Part shown: piece by piece, positions 9,968 to 18,632 of the stretch
How the letters are laid out: each line of letters opens with the position of its first letter
Numbering within the stretch: the first letter of the stretch is position 1
NCBI GenBank assembly: GCA_019057815.1
Contig: JAHLWR010000006.1
Coordinates: forward strand, 1 to 64,000
Length of the DNA: 64,000 nucleotides
Source: Candidatus Heimdallarchaeota archaeon
GTDB taxonomy: Archaea; Asgardarchaeota; Heimdallarchaeia; Heimdallarchaeales; Heimdallarchaeaceae
Direction: 5' to 3'
Program-made: the position numbers and the translations under genes
Notes under the pieces: model-generated
Told to the model about the DNA's origin: nothing
The model's input: the letters and a program-made list of their open reading frames with translations, nothing else
Database searches by the model: none

Positions 9968-11176
9968 TTAGAAAAAGGTTGGTTCTCCTTCAAATTGTCT
10001 TTTTGGAGGTTCCATTTTAGATGTTTCTTCAGGGGATAGAATCTCAATTATTTCGTAATTTGAAGTACCTATACCCATTTTTTCAACAAATCGTACTACT
10101 TCATAGGGATCTTTGTATGGACCATGAACTCTTGTAAATGGATGAAGATCCTTTTCAGGATCAAGATTTGCATTGTTAAAGAATGGAGGTATATTTTTCT
10201 CAATTAAACCTTCTTTCTTGATAAGGTCTAAAGAAGCAGTTTCAATCGCTACGATGTCAGTTGACCCCACTACACCTATATCATTGACAATAAATGGCTG
10301 CCCCATACCTAGACAATCACAATAAGCAGTAATCTGAAGAAGGAAACTAATGTAAAATACCTTTTCGGGTATAAATGTCTCAAGTACTTTTTGAGTTGCT
10401 ATCGCCATCATTTCCTGAAAGGCTGTGTAGCTTTCTCTAGGAAGCTTTACAGCCCCCATACCTTGATCAACTTCTAAACAAGTCATACATTGTCTACAGT
10501 CGTGATAATTTCTTCTTAATTCGTGTTTCTCTTCATTATAATTTAAAGCATGATAAGGACACATTTCAACAAGTTTCTTAGCTAATTCCGGGGTGCCTTT
10601 CTCTTTGTCCCACATGCTAGTAGAGTAGCTAGCACCATGAATTCGTGCCCATCTACTAGGTCCTGAGTATCCCCCAAGGGCCAAGTTTTTTATTGCTCCC
10701 CCAAATCCACAAGCTCCATGTCCTTTGATGTGGGAAAGATCAACAAGAACATCAGCATCTTTTAGAGCACCCGCTAAATCTAAGGAATCAAAACCTGCAA
10801 AACCACCGATTCCCACGCTAGAGACATAGCCATCTTTTACACCAGCTATGGGTATAATTGGGCATCCACAAGTGTACTCAGTATACCCTCTGTTAACTGC
10901 ATTGTATACTGCGGTGGGATTGTCTGTTACAAATGGAAACGCTCCTGTTTTCTTGATTTTTTCCACAATCCGTCTAATGAAAAAAACAGGTATTGTTTGG
11001 TAACCATCACTGAAACCAAGGTGCATCTTGATAGCTACCTTGTCTTTTGGTTCAATCTTAGTTTGTTCAATCAATATATCTGTGATTTTGTCTACTTTTG
11101 CTGCAAAAGAAGCAAAGGGTAATGCTCTTCCGTGCTGAACAGAACCAAAATAGACTCTCACCTTCTCAGAACTCAT
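9968..11176 (-). CDS. DUF362-family Fe-S protein
   Basis: VAIKMHLG, SHIKGH, GGAIKN, ferredoxin-like Cys and CDC motifs. Confidence 0.85.
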   Translation of the reverse strand: MSSEKVRVYFGSVQHGRALPFASFAAKVDKITDILIEQTKIEPKDKVAIKMHLGFSDGYQTIPVFFIRRIVEKIKKTGAFPFVTDNPTAVYNAVNRGYTEYTCGCPIIPIAGVKDGYVSSVGIGGFAGFDSLDLAGALKDADVLVDLSHIKGHGACGFGGAIKNLALGGYSGPSRWARIHGASYSTSMWDKEKGTPELAKKLVEMCPYHALNYNEEKHELRRNYHDCRQCMTCLEVDQGMGAVKLPRESYTAFQEMMAIATQKVLETFIPEKVFYISFLLQITAYCDCLGMGQPFIVNDIGVVGSTDIVAIETASLDLIKKEGLIEKNIPPFFNNANLDPEKDLHPFTRVHGPYKDPYEVVRFVEKMGIGTSNYEIIEILSPEETSKMEPPKRQFEGEPTFF

Positions 11177-11247
11177 ATAAATAAATTTGAATTCATGTAA
11201 TAAAGTCTTCGATAAAGTTTTTGTTTGAAAGAAAAAGGAAAAAAAGC

Positions 11248-11808
11248 TTAAGGTAATTTTGATCCGCAGTTTTCACAAAATTGTGCTTCAGGAATTGCTT
11301 TATGTCCACAGTATGGACAATATTCCGTTTCACTTGAAGGAAATATTACTTCTAGCTGTTTCTTTGAAGGAGGCTCAACAAATTCTGGGGCTTGGCGATA
11401 TTGTATTGATTCCCCTAGAAGTATTTCACCTGTATTTGAGTCATAACTATATTTAATCAAACCCTTAACTCGAAGGTCAACTAACACTCGTAGAATATCA
11501 TTGGGTTTAATACCCATTTCTTTAGAAAATCGATCTAAGTTTATACGATTACCAGTTGTATTTTGAAGTGACAGTAAGACATGTTTACGTAATCTACCAT
11601 CACTAAAATAATCTTTGAAAGCCCCCAAAGCAATAAAGAAAGCAGGAATAAATAACCAATAACCCCAATCTGCTAGTCCTATGAAATCGATGTCTATATA
11701 TCTAAATATAAGTGATATTACTCCAACTAACGCAAAAACGAAAGCAGTACCAAAAGCAGAGTAGCTTCCGGTGTAGCTTTTACGATAATAATATCTTTGT
11801 TTGGGCAT
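11248..11808 (-). CDS. 2-TM protein with winged-helix-like domain and C-terminal zinc ribbon
   Basis: Two hydrophobic helices, an HTH-like segment and CPYCG...CENCG. Confidence 0.75.
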   Translation of the reverse strand: MPKQRYYYRKSYTGSYSAFGTAFVFALVGVISLIFRYIDIDFIGLADWGYWLFIPAFFIALGAFKDYFSDGRLRKHVLLSLQNTTGNRINLDRFSKEMGIKPNDILRVLVDLRVKGLIKYSYDSNTGEILLGESIQYRQAPEFVEPPSKKQLEVIFPSSETEYCPYCGHKAIPEAQFCENCGSKLP

Positions 11809-11931
11809 GACTTATCCTCAAATTTAAGGCGCATAACTATGATATAAAGCTTAGCAAATCAAAACATAAGCGTAAACTTTTTAATAGAACTCGATTAGAA
11901 CGAAAGTAACATCGAAATTTATCTAAAACGT

Positions 11932-12006
11932 GCCTTGATAGCTTAGCGGGAGAGCGCTGGACTGAAGATCCAGTTGTCGCGTGTTCGAATCACGCTCAGG
12001 GCTCCA
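11932..12006 (+). tRNA. tRNA-Phe(GAA), CCA encoded
   Basis: Cloverleaf with acceptor GCCTTGA/TCAGGGC, anticodon arm CTGGA-CTGAAGA-TCCAG and T-loop TTCGAAT. Confidence 0.96.
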
Positions 12007-12165
12007 TCCTTCCTTTTATATTTTTATGTCCTTCTTTCTTTACAAACACTCTTGGATTTCCATTCACACCTTTTAAAGCATATTATTTTTCTTCTAACAA
12101 TGCTATTATTTCTGAAATAGTAAGTTAAGTGGAGTTTTATAACTTACAATTATTGAAATAAGTTT

Positions 12166-12199
12166 GAAACCGTTTAAATACTATCGTCTAATATAGTAT
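12166..12199 (+). promoter_or_regulatory. BRE/TATA-like promoter (GAAACCGTTTAAATA) overlapped by inverted repeat ATACTAT-N8-ATAGTAT
   Basis: TTTAAATA at 12173-12180, about 40 nt upstream of the micro-ORF start. The palindrome covers the expected melting region. Confidence 0.5.
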
Positions 12200-12219
12200 C
12201 TTAGAAAGGATTGATATTA

Positions 12220-12345
12220 ATGAACCCATCAAATAAAAACCAACATCTAAAAATGATTAACAAGCAAAAAATAACAATAGAAGATAAAAGAAATGAACAG
12301 ATCAGAAGAGTAGTTCCATATGGTGGGCAATTACTAGTTCTCTAA
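12220..12345 (+). CDS. 41-aa micro-protein MNPSNKNQHLKMINKQKITIEDKRNEQIRRVVPYGGQLLVL
   Basis: Upstream GAAAGGA and TATA box, downstream T-tract, and a similar ORF at 14449. Confidence 0.6.
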   Translation: MNPSNKNQHLKMINKQKITIEDKRNEQIRRVVPYGGQLLVL

Positions 12346-12568
12346 TTTCCTTTTTTCTTTTCTTGCTTATAATTTCTTTTATTCCTTTGAATATACTACT
12401 TAATTTGCTTTCAATATTAATGAACCTAGATTAAATAGCTAGGTGCTTAAACAGGTATTATTTTTACGGAACAATTTTCTACTCTAAATCTAATATTATT
12501 AAGTATTTTAGCAGCTAAAGAGTTTAAAAAGGATAATCTTTTTATCTAAAAAGTAGCTGTTCTTATTT

Positions 12569-13549
12569 ATGAAATTCAAAAGATTGGGTTCAACAGGTAT
12601 CAAAATATCCCCAATAATTCTGGGAACAATGCAATTTGGGTGGCGAATAAATGAAGAAGAATCATTTAAAGTAATGGATAAAGCAATCGAACTAGGGATT
12701 AACTGTTTTGATACTGCTGATATTTATAGTCGTAGGGCTAATAGTTATCCCGGCAAATCAGAAGAAATAATTGGAAAATGGTTAAAGGACAGAAAAATAA
12801 GAAACGATCTCATTCTTGCCACCAAACTTCGTGGAGCAATGAGTGATGATATAAATGATAAAGGATTGAGTAGACGCCATGTGCGCCAAGCAATAGTTGG
12901 AAGCTTAAAACGATTACAAACCAACTGGGTAGACCTTTATCAGATTCACAGTTTTGACAATGACACAGAAATCGAAGAGACGCTCCATGCACTCAATATT
13001 CTAGTAGATGAAGGTTTAGTTAACTATTTAGGCGCATCAAACGTTCATCCTTGGCAATTGGTGGAATCTTTTTGGATAAGTGAAAAATATGGTTATGCAC
13101 GATTTGAGACCGTACAACCACCCTATTGTATAATACGAAGAATGCTCGTTGAGCATCAAATGTGCCATGTTATTAAGAAATATAGAATTGGTGTTATTTC
13201 TTATAGTCCTTTGGCAGGCGGTTTTTTAACAGAACGATATTCTAGAGAGCAATCTCTTCCAGATACCCCGAGGGGTGAAGGAGCTCAAAAACGATATTTT
13301 ACGGATAAACGATGGAAAATACATGAGTCTGTAAGAGAAATTGCAGAATCAAAAGATGTGAAAATGACGCAAATAGCTCTAGCGTGGGTACTAACTAAGG
13401 ATATCATTACTGCACCTATTATAGGCGCAAACAGTGTTAAGCAATTAGAAGAAAATATTGGCGCACTGGAAATCAAATTGGAGGAAAACGAAATAAAAAA
13501 ATTAGATGAAATATCCGATTGGATACCTGATTTTGAAGCAATTAGATAA
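12569..13549 (+). CDS. Aldo/keto reductase
   Basis: LGTMQFG, FDTADIY, DLYQIH and YSPLAGG motifs. Confidence 0.95.
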   Translation: MKFKRLGSTGIKISPIILGTMQFGWRINEEESFKVMDKAIELGINCFDTADIYSRRANSYPGKSEEIIGKWLKDRKIRNDLILATKLRGAMSDDINDKGLSRRHVRQAIVGSLKRLQTNWVDLYQIHSFDNDTEIEETLHALNILVDEGLVNYLGASNVHPWQLVESFWISEKYGYARFETVQPPYCIIRRMLVEHQMCHVIKKYRIGVISYSPLAGGFLTERYSREQSLPDTPRGEGAQKRYFTDKRWKIHESVREIAESKDVKMTQIALAWVLTKDIITAPIIGANSVKQLEENIGALEIKLEENEIKKLDEISDWIPDFEAIR

Positions 13550-13561
13550 TTGGAATTAATT

Positions 13562-14239
13562 CTATTTCCAGAATTGCCACCATTTCTTCTTTCTTTCTTC
13601 TTTTTTATCTACTGTTCTCCTTAATTCCATCATTCCGTCTTTTAATGCAATTTTATAAACTAAACTTCTGAAACCTTCTGGCTCCTGTTCTTCTTCAATA
13701 GTATAGATAAGGGGTTTTCTTTTTCTTTCTGTATCTAGTATTCTAGATATTTTTCCCGCTTCATATTTCTCTCTAACTTGGCTGTTTTTACCTATCCACA
13801 CGTATATTTTATCATAAGCGTCGAGAACAAAGGCGTTTTCAGATTCAAAGGCCTTATATTCGATTGGGGCTTCTTTTACATTCAATTTCCCCGTTTCATC
13901 TTGTTCTATTTTTAACAATCGAAAATCTTTTTGGTGTTTTTTCTTGAGGTGTACAAGAAAGCCTGGAGTATCCCCAACCACAACTTCGTAATTGATGAGA
14001 CTGTTGAATTCTTCCGGCTCATCTCCCTCCATAATCGTCTTGATTTTAAGATTTTTATTTTGTTCTTCAACAACTTTCGCTCCCCATGCCCCAACTGCTT
14101 TGTCATCAGCATAAGATTTTGATCCTATCCAAATCCAAAGCGTCTGATCGGTTTCAACAACGTAAACGTCTCCGTTAAGAAATTTGTAAGGTTCTTTTTG
14201 AGGAACTAATTCCCTATACATTACATGATAAACTTTCAT
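13562..14239 (-). CDS. Two-domain gelsolin-like protein (Asgard 2DGel type) with C-terminal extension
   Basis: Two gelsolin repeats (GDVYVV..LWIWIGSKS..EGDEPEEF and AFVLDA..IYVWIGKNS..EK..EEQEPEGF). The tail ends KKKWWQFWK. Confidence 0.88.
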   Translation of the reverse strand: MKVYHVMYRELVPQKEPYKFLNGDVYVVETDQTLWIWIGSKSYADDKAVGAWGAKVVEEQNKNLKIKTIMEGDEPEEFNSLINYEVVVGDTPGFLVHLKKKHQKDFRLLKIEQDETGKLNVKEAPIEYKAFESENAFVLDAYDKIYVWIGKNSQVREKYEAGKISRILDTERKRKPLIYTIEEEQEPEGFRSLVYKIALKDGMMELRRTVDKKEERKKKWWQFWK

Positions 14240-14364
14240 ACATGTAATAGTTTCTTATGAATTAAAAAATTTATGTGCTAAAATTTGTATTTCAAGAGCT
14301 TTTGTGTTCTTCGAATACAAGTATTTTTTGTGGTGTTTATATTGTTTTGTCCTTTACAAAATAT

Positions 14365-14435
14365 GGTGTAACTGGTCATCTAATGGGCACTTGTTCTCAT
14401 TATGTTATTATTAGGTGACCAGTGCATAGTATACC
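14365..14435 (+). promoter_or_regulatory. Long stem-loop in the putative 5' leader of the second micro-ORF
   Basis: ACTGGTCATCTAAT (14371-84) pairs with ATTAGGTGACCAGT (14410-23), and GGTGTA pairs with TATACC. The G-U pairs favour a + strand RNA. Confidence 0.5.
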
Positions 14436-14448
14436 CCGGTGAAAGGAA

Positions 14449-14574
14449 ATGAAAACAACAAGAAATTCTAACCAAACTGAACATGTTGAAAAAGAATGGA
14501 GATATCAGGTATTAGTGAATGAGGAACAGAAGAAAAACATTAGCGTGTTCAATGGACAGCTTGTGATTTATTAA
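14449..14574 (+). CDS. 41-aa micro-protein MKTTRNSNQTEHVEKEWRYQVLVNEEQKKNISVFNGQLVIY
   Basis: Upstream GAAAGGA and downstream TTCCTTTTT. Same length and C-terminal motif as 12220..12345. Confidence 0.6.
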   Translation: MKTTRNSNQTEHVEKEWRYQVLVNEEQKKNISVFNGQLVIY

Positions 14575-14638
14575 TTCCTTTTTCAATCGAAATCTAAGAA
14601 CTTCGAAAATCTTTTGTATCTCATCCCAATTTTTTCTT

Positions 14639-15205
14639 ATGAATTTAAGTGATTTTGAATCAATTGATGCTTCAAATCTCCTTATTGTTATTGTAGATCC
14701 CCAACCACGTATTCTCTCAGCTACAATTTCACATGAAAAAGTCCTTAATAATATTCTTCTTCTGATAAGAAGCGCAAGAGAATTTGAAATACCTATCATA
14801 ATCACTGAACAATATCCAAAAGGGCTTGGAAACATAAGTGAAAAAATAGCGGAATTAGTAGATAAAGCAACCCCCATAGTTGAAAAATTGGAGTTTGATT
14901 GTTTTGAAAATGAAAAGTTTACTGAAACGATTCACTCTTTTTCATCTCGAAAATATGTTGTACTCGTTGGCGTTGAGGCTCATATTTGCCTCTTTCAAAC
15001 AATTTTGGGTGCAATAAAAAACGATTATATTCCAATTATTATCTCTGATGCTGTATCATCTCGAAAAGAATCGGATTATCGAACCGCGTTTAATTGCTAC
15101 AAGTCTTTAAACATCCTTATTCTTTCAACAGAAATGCTAGTTTATTTCCTGTTAAAAAAAGCAGGTACTCAAAAATTCAAAAATTTGCTGAAACATCTTA
15201 AGTAA
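14639..15205 (+). CDS. Isochorismatase-family hydrolase
   Basis: VDPQ, TEQYPKGLG, GVEAHIC and DAVSSR motifs. Confidence 0.92.
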   Translation: MNLSDFESIDASNLLIVIVDPQPRILSATISHEKVLNNILLLIRSAREFEIPIIITEQYPKGLGNISEKIAELVDKATPIVEKLEFDCFENEKFTETIHSFSSRKYVVLVGVEAHICLFQTILGAIKNDYIPIIISDAVSSRKESDYRTAFNCYKSLNILILSTEMLVYFLLKKAGTQKFKNLLKHLK

Positions 15206-15389
15206 GTAGCCCCCAAGTCGAACCTCACGTCACTCTATTGTTCCTCAACATAGTTACATTTAAACAAAAATAAGTCTTTTTACAAAGAACTTAGCTCATA
15301 TTTGTTTACTTTTCTCAATTTTTCTCTAAATTTAAAGTTCTCCTAACATTTAAATTCGCTTTTTTCCATCTCATTATAGAGGAATTAGA

Positions 15390-17462
15390 TTGATGAATCT
15401 CCAACCACCCATTAGGATTGGTATTGATACAGGAGGAACATTTACAGACTTTATTATAGTATCGGGAGGAACAGGTGAAATTCGAGCATGGAAAATTCCT
15501 ACAACACCAAATGATCCCAGTGAATGTATTATTAATGGGTTAAGAGAAGCTATGAATCTATTCCATTTTGAACCACAAGATATTGAGCTTCTTATACATG
15601 GTACAACTATAGGAACTAATGCTTTTTTGGAAGATAAATGCCCAAATATTGCATTTGTAACCACTAAAGGGTTCCATGATATAATTGAAATAGGGCGTCA
15701 ACAGCGTTCGGAATTGTATAACCTAAAGTTCAAGCAAGAATATCCCCTATCTTTCACAAAAGATGCTATTTTTGAAGTGGAAGAAAGGATGGATGAAACT
15801 GGTCAAATCATTAAACCTCTAAAAGAAAAATCTTTAGAAAAACTACTTAATCTTCTTAATTCCAAAAAAATAAAAACTGTAGCACTTTCATTACTTTTTT
15901 CGTTTCTTAATCCAACACATGAAGAAAAAATAAGTTCTTATTTGACTGATAGGGGTTTCAATGTTTTCCCATCTCATGAAATAAGCCCCCAAATAAAAGA
16001 ATATGAAAGATCCGTGACTACTATAGTTAATGCAAAAGTCAGTCCTATAGTAAACAATTATCTGCAAAGACTCCAGTCAAAATTGCTCAGAGAAGAAATC
16101 AACAAGCCTTTGTTAATAATGCAGTCCAATACGGGAATGAGTGATGTTTCAACCATTAGTCGTTCTGGGATACAGACACTTTACAGTGGTTTGGCAGGGG
16201 GAGTAATTGCAGCAGCAGAAAGTTTGAAGCATTTAAATCGAACACATCTTATATCCTTAGATATTGGTGGAACTTCAACAGATGTTTCCGCAGTTATTGA
16301 CCGTCCTATAATCCTCCGTTCAAGAATATTCAGCGGTTTCCCACTTGTGGCAAATATGGCAGATATTGAAACTATTGGCAGCGGAGGAGGATCAATAGCT
16401 ACTTTTAGGGCTGGTTTGTTAACAGTTGGACCAGAATCTCAAGGAGCTAATCCTGGACCTGCTTGCTATTCGTTAGGAGGAAATGAAGTAACTTTAACTG
16501 ATGCAAACATGTATTTGGGTTATGTCCATCAAGATAATTTTGCTGGAAACTTATCAATAGATGCAAAAAAATCTCTTTTCTACTTGAAGAAACTCCTCAA
16601 AGAAATACGTTTATCGCCCTTTCCTTTAGAGCTAGAATCTGTCGATCATTTGGCTCTATCAATCAGGAAAATACTAAATCACAATATTGCTCAAGCTATT
16701 AGGGTAGTAACTATTCAGAAAGGTCTGGATGTAAGAGATTTTGGCCTTTTAGGCTTTGGTGGAGCTGGACCAATGCAAGCTTGGGATATAGCCCAAGAGC
16801 TAGAAATAGAATCGGTTATTATTCCTCCTTTCCCTGGTGCATGGTCAGCTTATGGACTTGTTGCAAGTAAAATAAAACATGAAAAAACTCATTCTTATTT
16901 ACAAGAAATAAATGAAATAAATCTTGATAAAATAAATAATAAATTTGAGTCCATTCAAGAAGAATTAAAAGAAATCTTAGATAAGGAAGGAGTGGAAAGA
17001 AAGGATCAATCGTTCAATTATTCGTTGGACTTAAGATATTTGGGTCAAGCAGAATTTCTAACTATTTCTATATCTTATCCAGTCATTAAAAGTCAATTAT
17101 TCCCAATTGTAGAAGATTTTCATAATTTACATCAAAGAAACTATGCTTGGAAGAGTGATGAGTTGAGCGTAGAAATTGTGAATTTGTCTGTCGAAGCTAT
17201 TGGCGATGTACCAAAAATTGAAATCAAGAAATTGACTTCGGGTTCTACGAACCCTCCGGAGATAGCTTATAAGAGAAATAGAAAAGTTATGTTTGATGAA
17301 AATTGGTTGGAAACAGCTGTTTATGCTAGAATTGAACTAAAAGCAGGTAATATTTTGGAAGGTCCCTGTATAATCGACCAACTAGATAGTACAGCTGTTA
17401 TTCCTCCTAATGTGTATGGAGAAGTAAATAAAATGGGTTATATTTTTATGAAAAAAAGATAA
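15390..17462 (+). CDS. hyuA: Hydantoinase A / 5-oxoprolinase ATP-binding subunit
   Basis: IDTGGTFTD, HGTT, DIGGTSTD, GPESQGANPGPACY and GFGGAG motifs. Confidence 0.93.
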   Translation: MMNLQPPIRIGIDTGGTFTDFIIVSGGTGEIRAWKIPTTPNDPSECIINGLREAMNLFHFEPQDIELLIHGTTIGTNAFLEDKCPNIAFVTTKGFHDIIEIGRQQRSELYNLKFKQEYPLSFTKDAIFEVEERMDETGQIIKPLKEKSLEKLLNLLNSKKIKTVALSLLFSFLNPTHEEKISSYLTDRGFNVFPSHEISPQIKEYERSVTTIVNAKVSPIVNNYLQRLQSKLLREEINKPLLIMQSNTGMSDVSTISRSGIQTLYSGLAGGVIAAAESLKHLNRTHLISLDIGGTSTDVSAVIDRPIILRSRIFSGFPLVANMADIETIGSGGGSIATFRAGLLTVGPESQGANPGPACYSLGGNEVTLTDANMYLGYVHQDNFAGNLSIDAKKSLFYLKKLLKEIRLSPFPLELESVDHLALSIRKILNHNIAQAIRVVTIQKGLDVRDFGLLGFGGAGPMQAWDIAQELEIESVIIPPFPGAWSAYGLVASKIKHEKTHSYLQEINEINLDKINNKFESIQEELKEILDKEGVERKDQSFNYSLDLRYLGQAEFLTISISYPVIKSQLFPIVEDFHNLHQRNYAWKSDELSVEIVNLSVEAIGDVPKIEIKKLTSGSTNPPEIAYKRNRKVMFDENWLETAVYARIELKAGNILEGPCIIDQLDSTAVIPPNVYGEVNKMGYIFMKKR

Positions 17463-17477
17463 TTGTGCTCAAAATTT

Positions 17478-17813
17478 CTATTCAATAAAAGTGAAAATAG
17501 CATATTTATTCTCAGTTTGTTCTAATTTTGCTGTGTAATAGTTTTCCCATTGTTGTTGATCTTCAGGGGTTGTAGTATCTAGTATACCAAAACTCAGCCT
17601 GTCTTTCTTTTTTGTTCTTTTGATGATAATTACATTACCATTACTCTTAATAACTATTCTTCCCCTAGAATCCAGCTCTTCAAACGAAAAAATACCAATA
17701 CTTTTTGTACCATCATCATAAGTATTCAAAAGGTTTAATTCGCCAATATCCCAATTAATTACAAGTTTATATGCGTCATGTAATTTAAGATTTTTCTGAC
17801 TCATTTTTATCAC
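17478..17813 (-). CDS. Hypothetical protein (~108 aa; likely start 17804)
   Basis: Open ORF filling the hyuA-hyuB' gap, with no recognisable motif. Confidence 0.55.
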   Translation of the reverse strand: MIKMSQKNLKLHDAYKLVINWDIGELNLLNTYDDGTKSIGIFSFEELDSRGRIVIKSNGNVIIIKRTKKKDRLSFGILDTTTPEDQQQWENYYTAKLEQTENKYAIFTFIE

Positions 17814-17913
17814 ACAGGTTTTCTAAAATTAATTTAATCACTAATTAATAAAGAAATAGATATTTAAACCTAACAAAGAACCAAGAAATAATAAAAAAAG
17901 TGCTGACATACCA

Positions 17914-18294
17914 ATGACTAAATTCTCTCTCATTGAAGTTCAAGTAATAAATCAAGCACTAAAAAATGTAGCCTTAGAAACTGGGATTGTTCTACAGAAT
18001 TCGGCATTCTCTCCAAATATAAGGGAAAGATTAGATTTTTCTAGTGCAATTCTTGATTCTGAATGTAGACTAGTAGCTCAAGCTGAGCACATACCGGTTC
18101 ATTTAGGGGCAATGCCAGAGTCAGTGAAGTGTATTGTTTCATATATTGGTTTAGATAACCTGCTTGAAGGGGACATCTACATCGGAAATAACCCCTACTA
18201 TGGTGGAACACATCTGCCTGATATAACTGTTGTAAAACCAATCTTTTACCAGCAACAATTAGTAGGTTACATTGCTAATCGTTGCCATCATTAA
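17914..18294 (+). pseudogene. hyuB: Truncated 5' fragment of hydantoinase B/oxoprolinase (126 aa), interrupted by island
   Basis: SPNIRERLDFS, HIPVHLG and GGTHLPD motifs. The ORF stops immediately after the 62-bp repeat. Confidence 0.9.
18229..18290 (+). repeat. 62-bp perfect direct repeat, left copy (attL-like)
   Basis: GTTGTAAAACCAATCTTTTACCAGCAACAATTAGTAGGTTACATTGCTAATCGTTGCCATCA is identical to 31185..31246. Confidence 0.95.
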
Positions 18295-18632
18295 CATGTG
18301 GGGAAAGAAAATATCATCTTAATCTCAGACTGATAAGAGAAAGATATTGGGTTGATTTTTTAAGTGTTTTTTATGAATGATAATCGAGTTACAAGGTAGA
18401 AGATTATACTATAGTTACAGATGAAAAAGAATCTATAGTTACTCAAAATACTACAAATGAAGGCATTAAAAGAGGATATTAGAAGGAAAATTCTTTCCCG
18501 AAATATCTTTAATATTCTTTTTTGTGATTTTCTGAGATTAGAGTCTATTAAAAACGATTGGTTATAAAGAATCATAGTTTACATATACTATAGATTAAAT
18601 AAATTATGGTTAATCTTCACTCTGTTGGCTAT

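Noticed and set aside
14520-14545. AACAGAA resembling the RNase P RNA 3' conserved region
   Set aside because: There is no GAGGAAAGUCC partner, and the segment is better explained by the 41-aa ORF.
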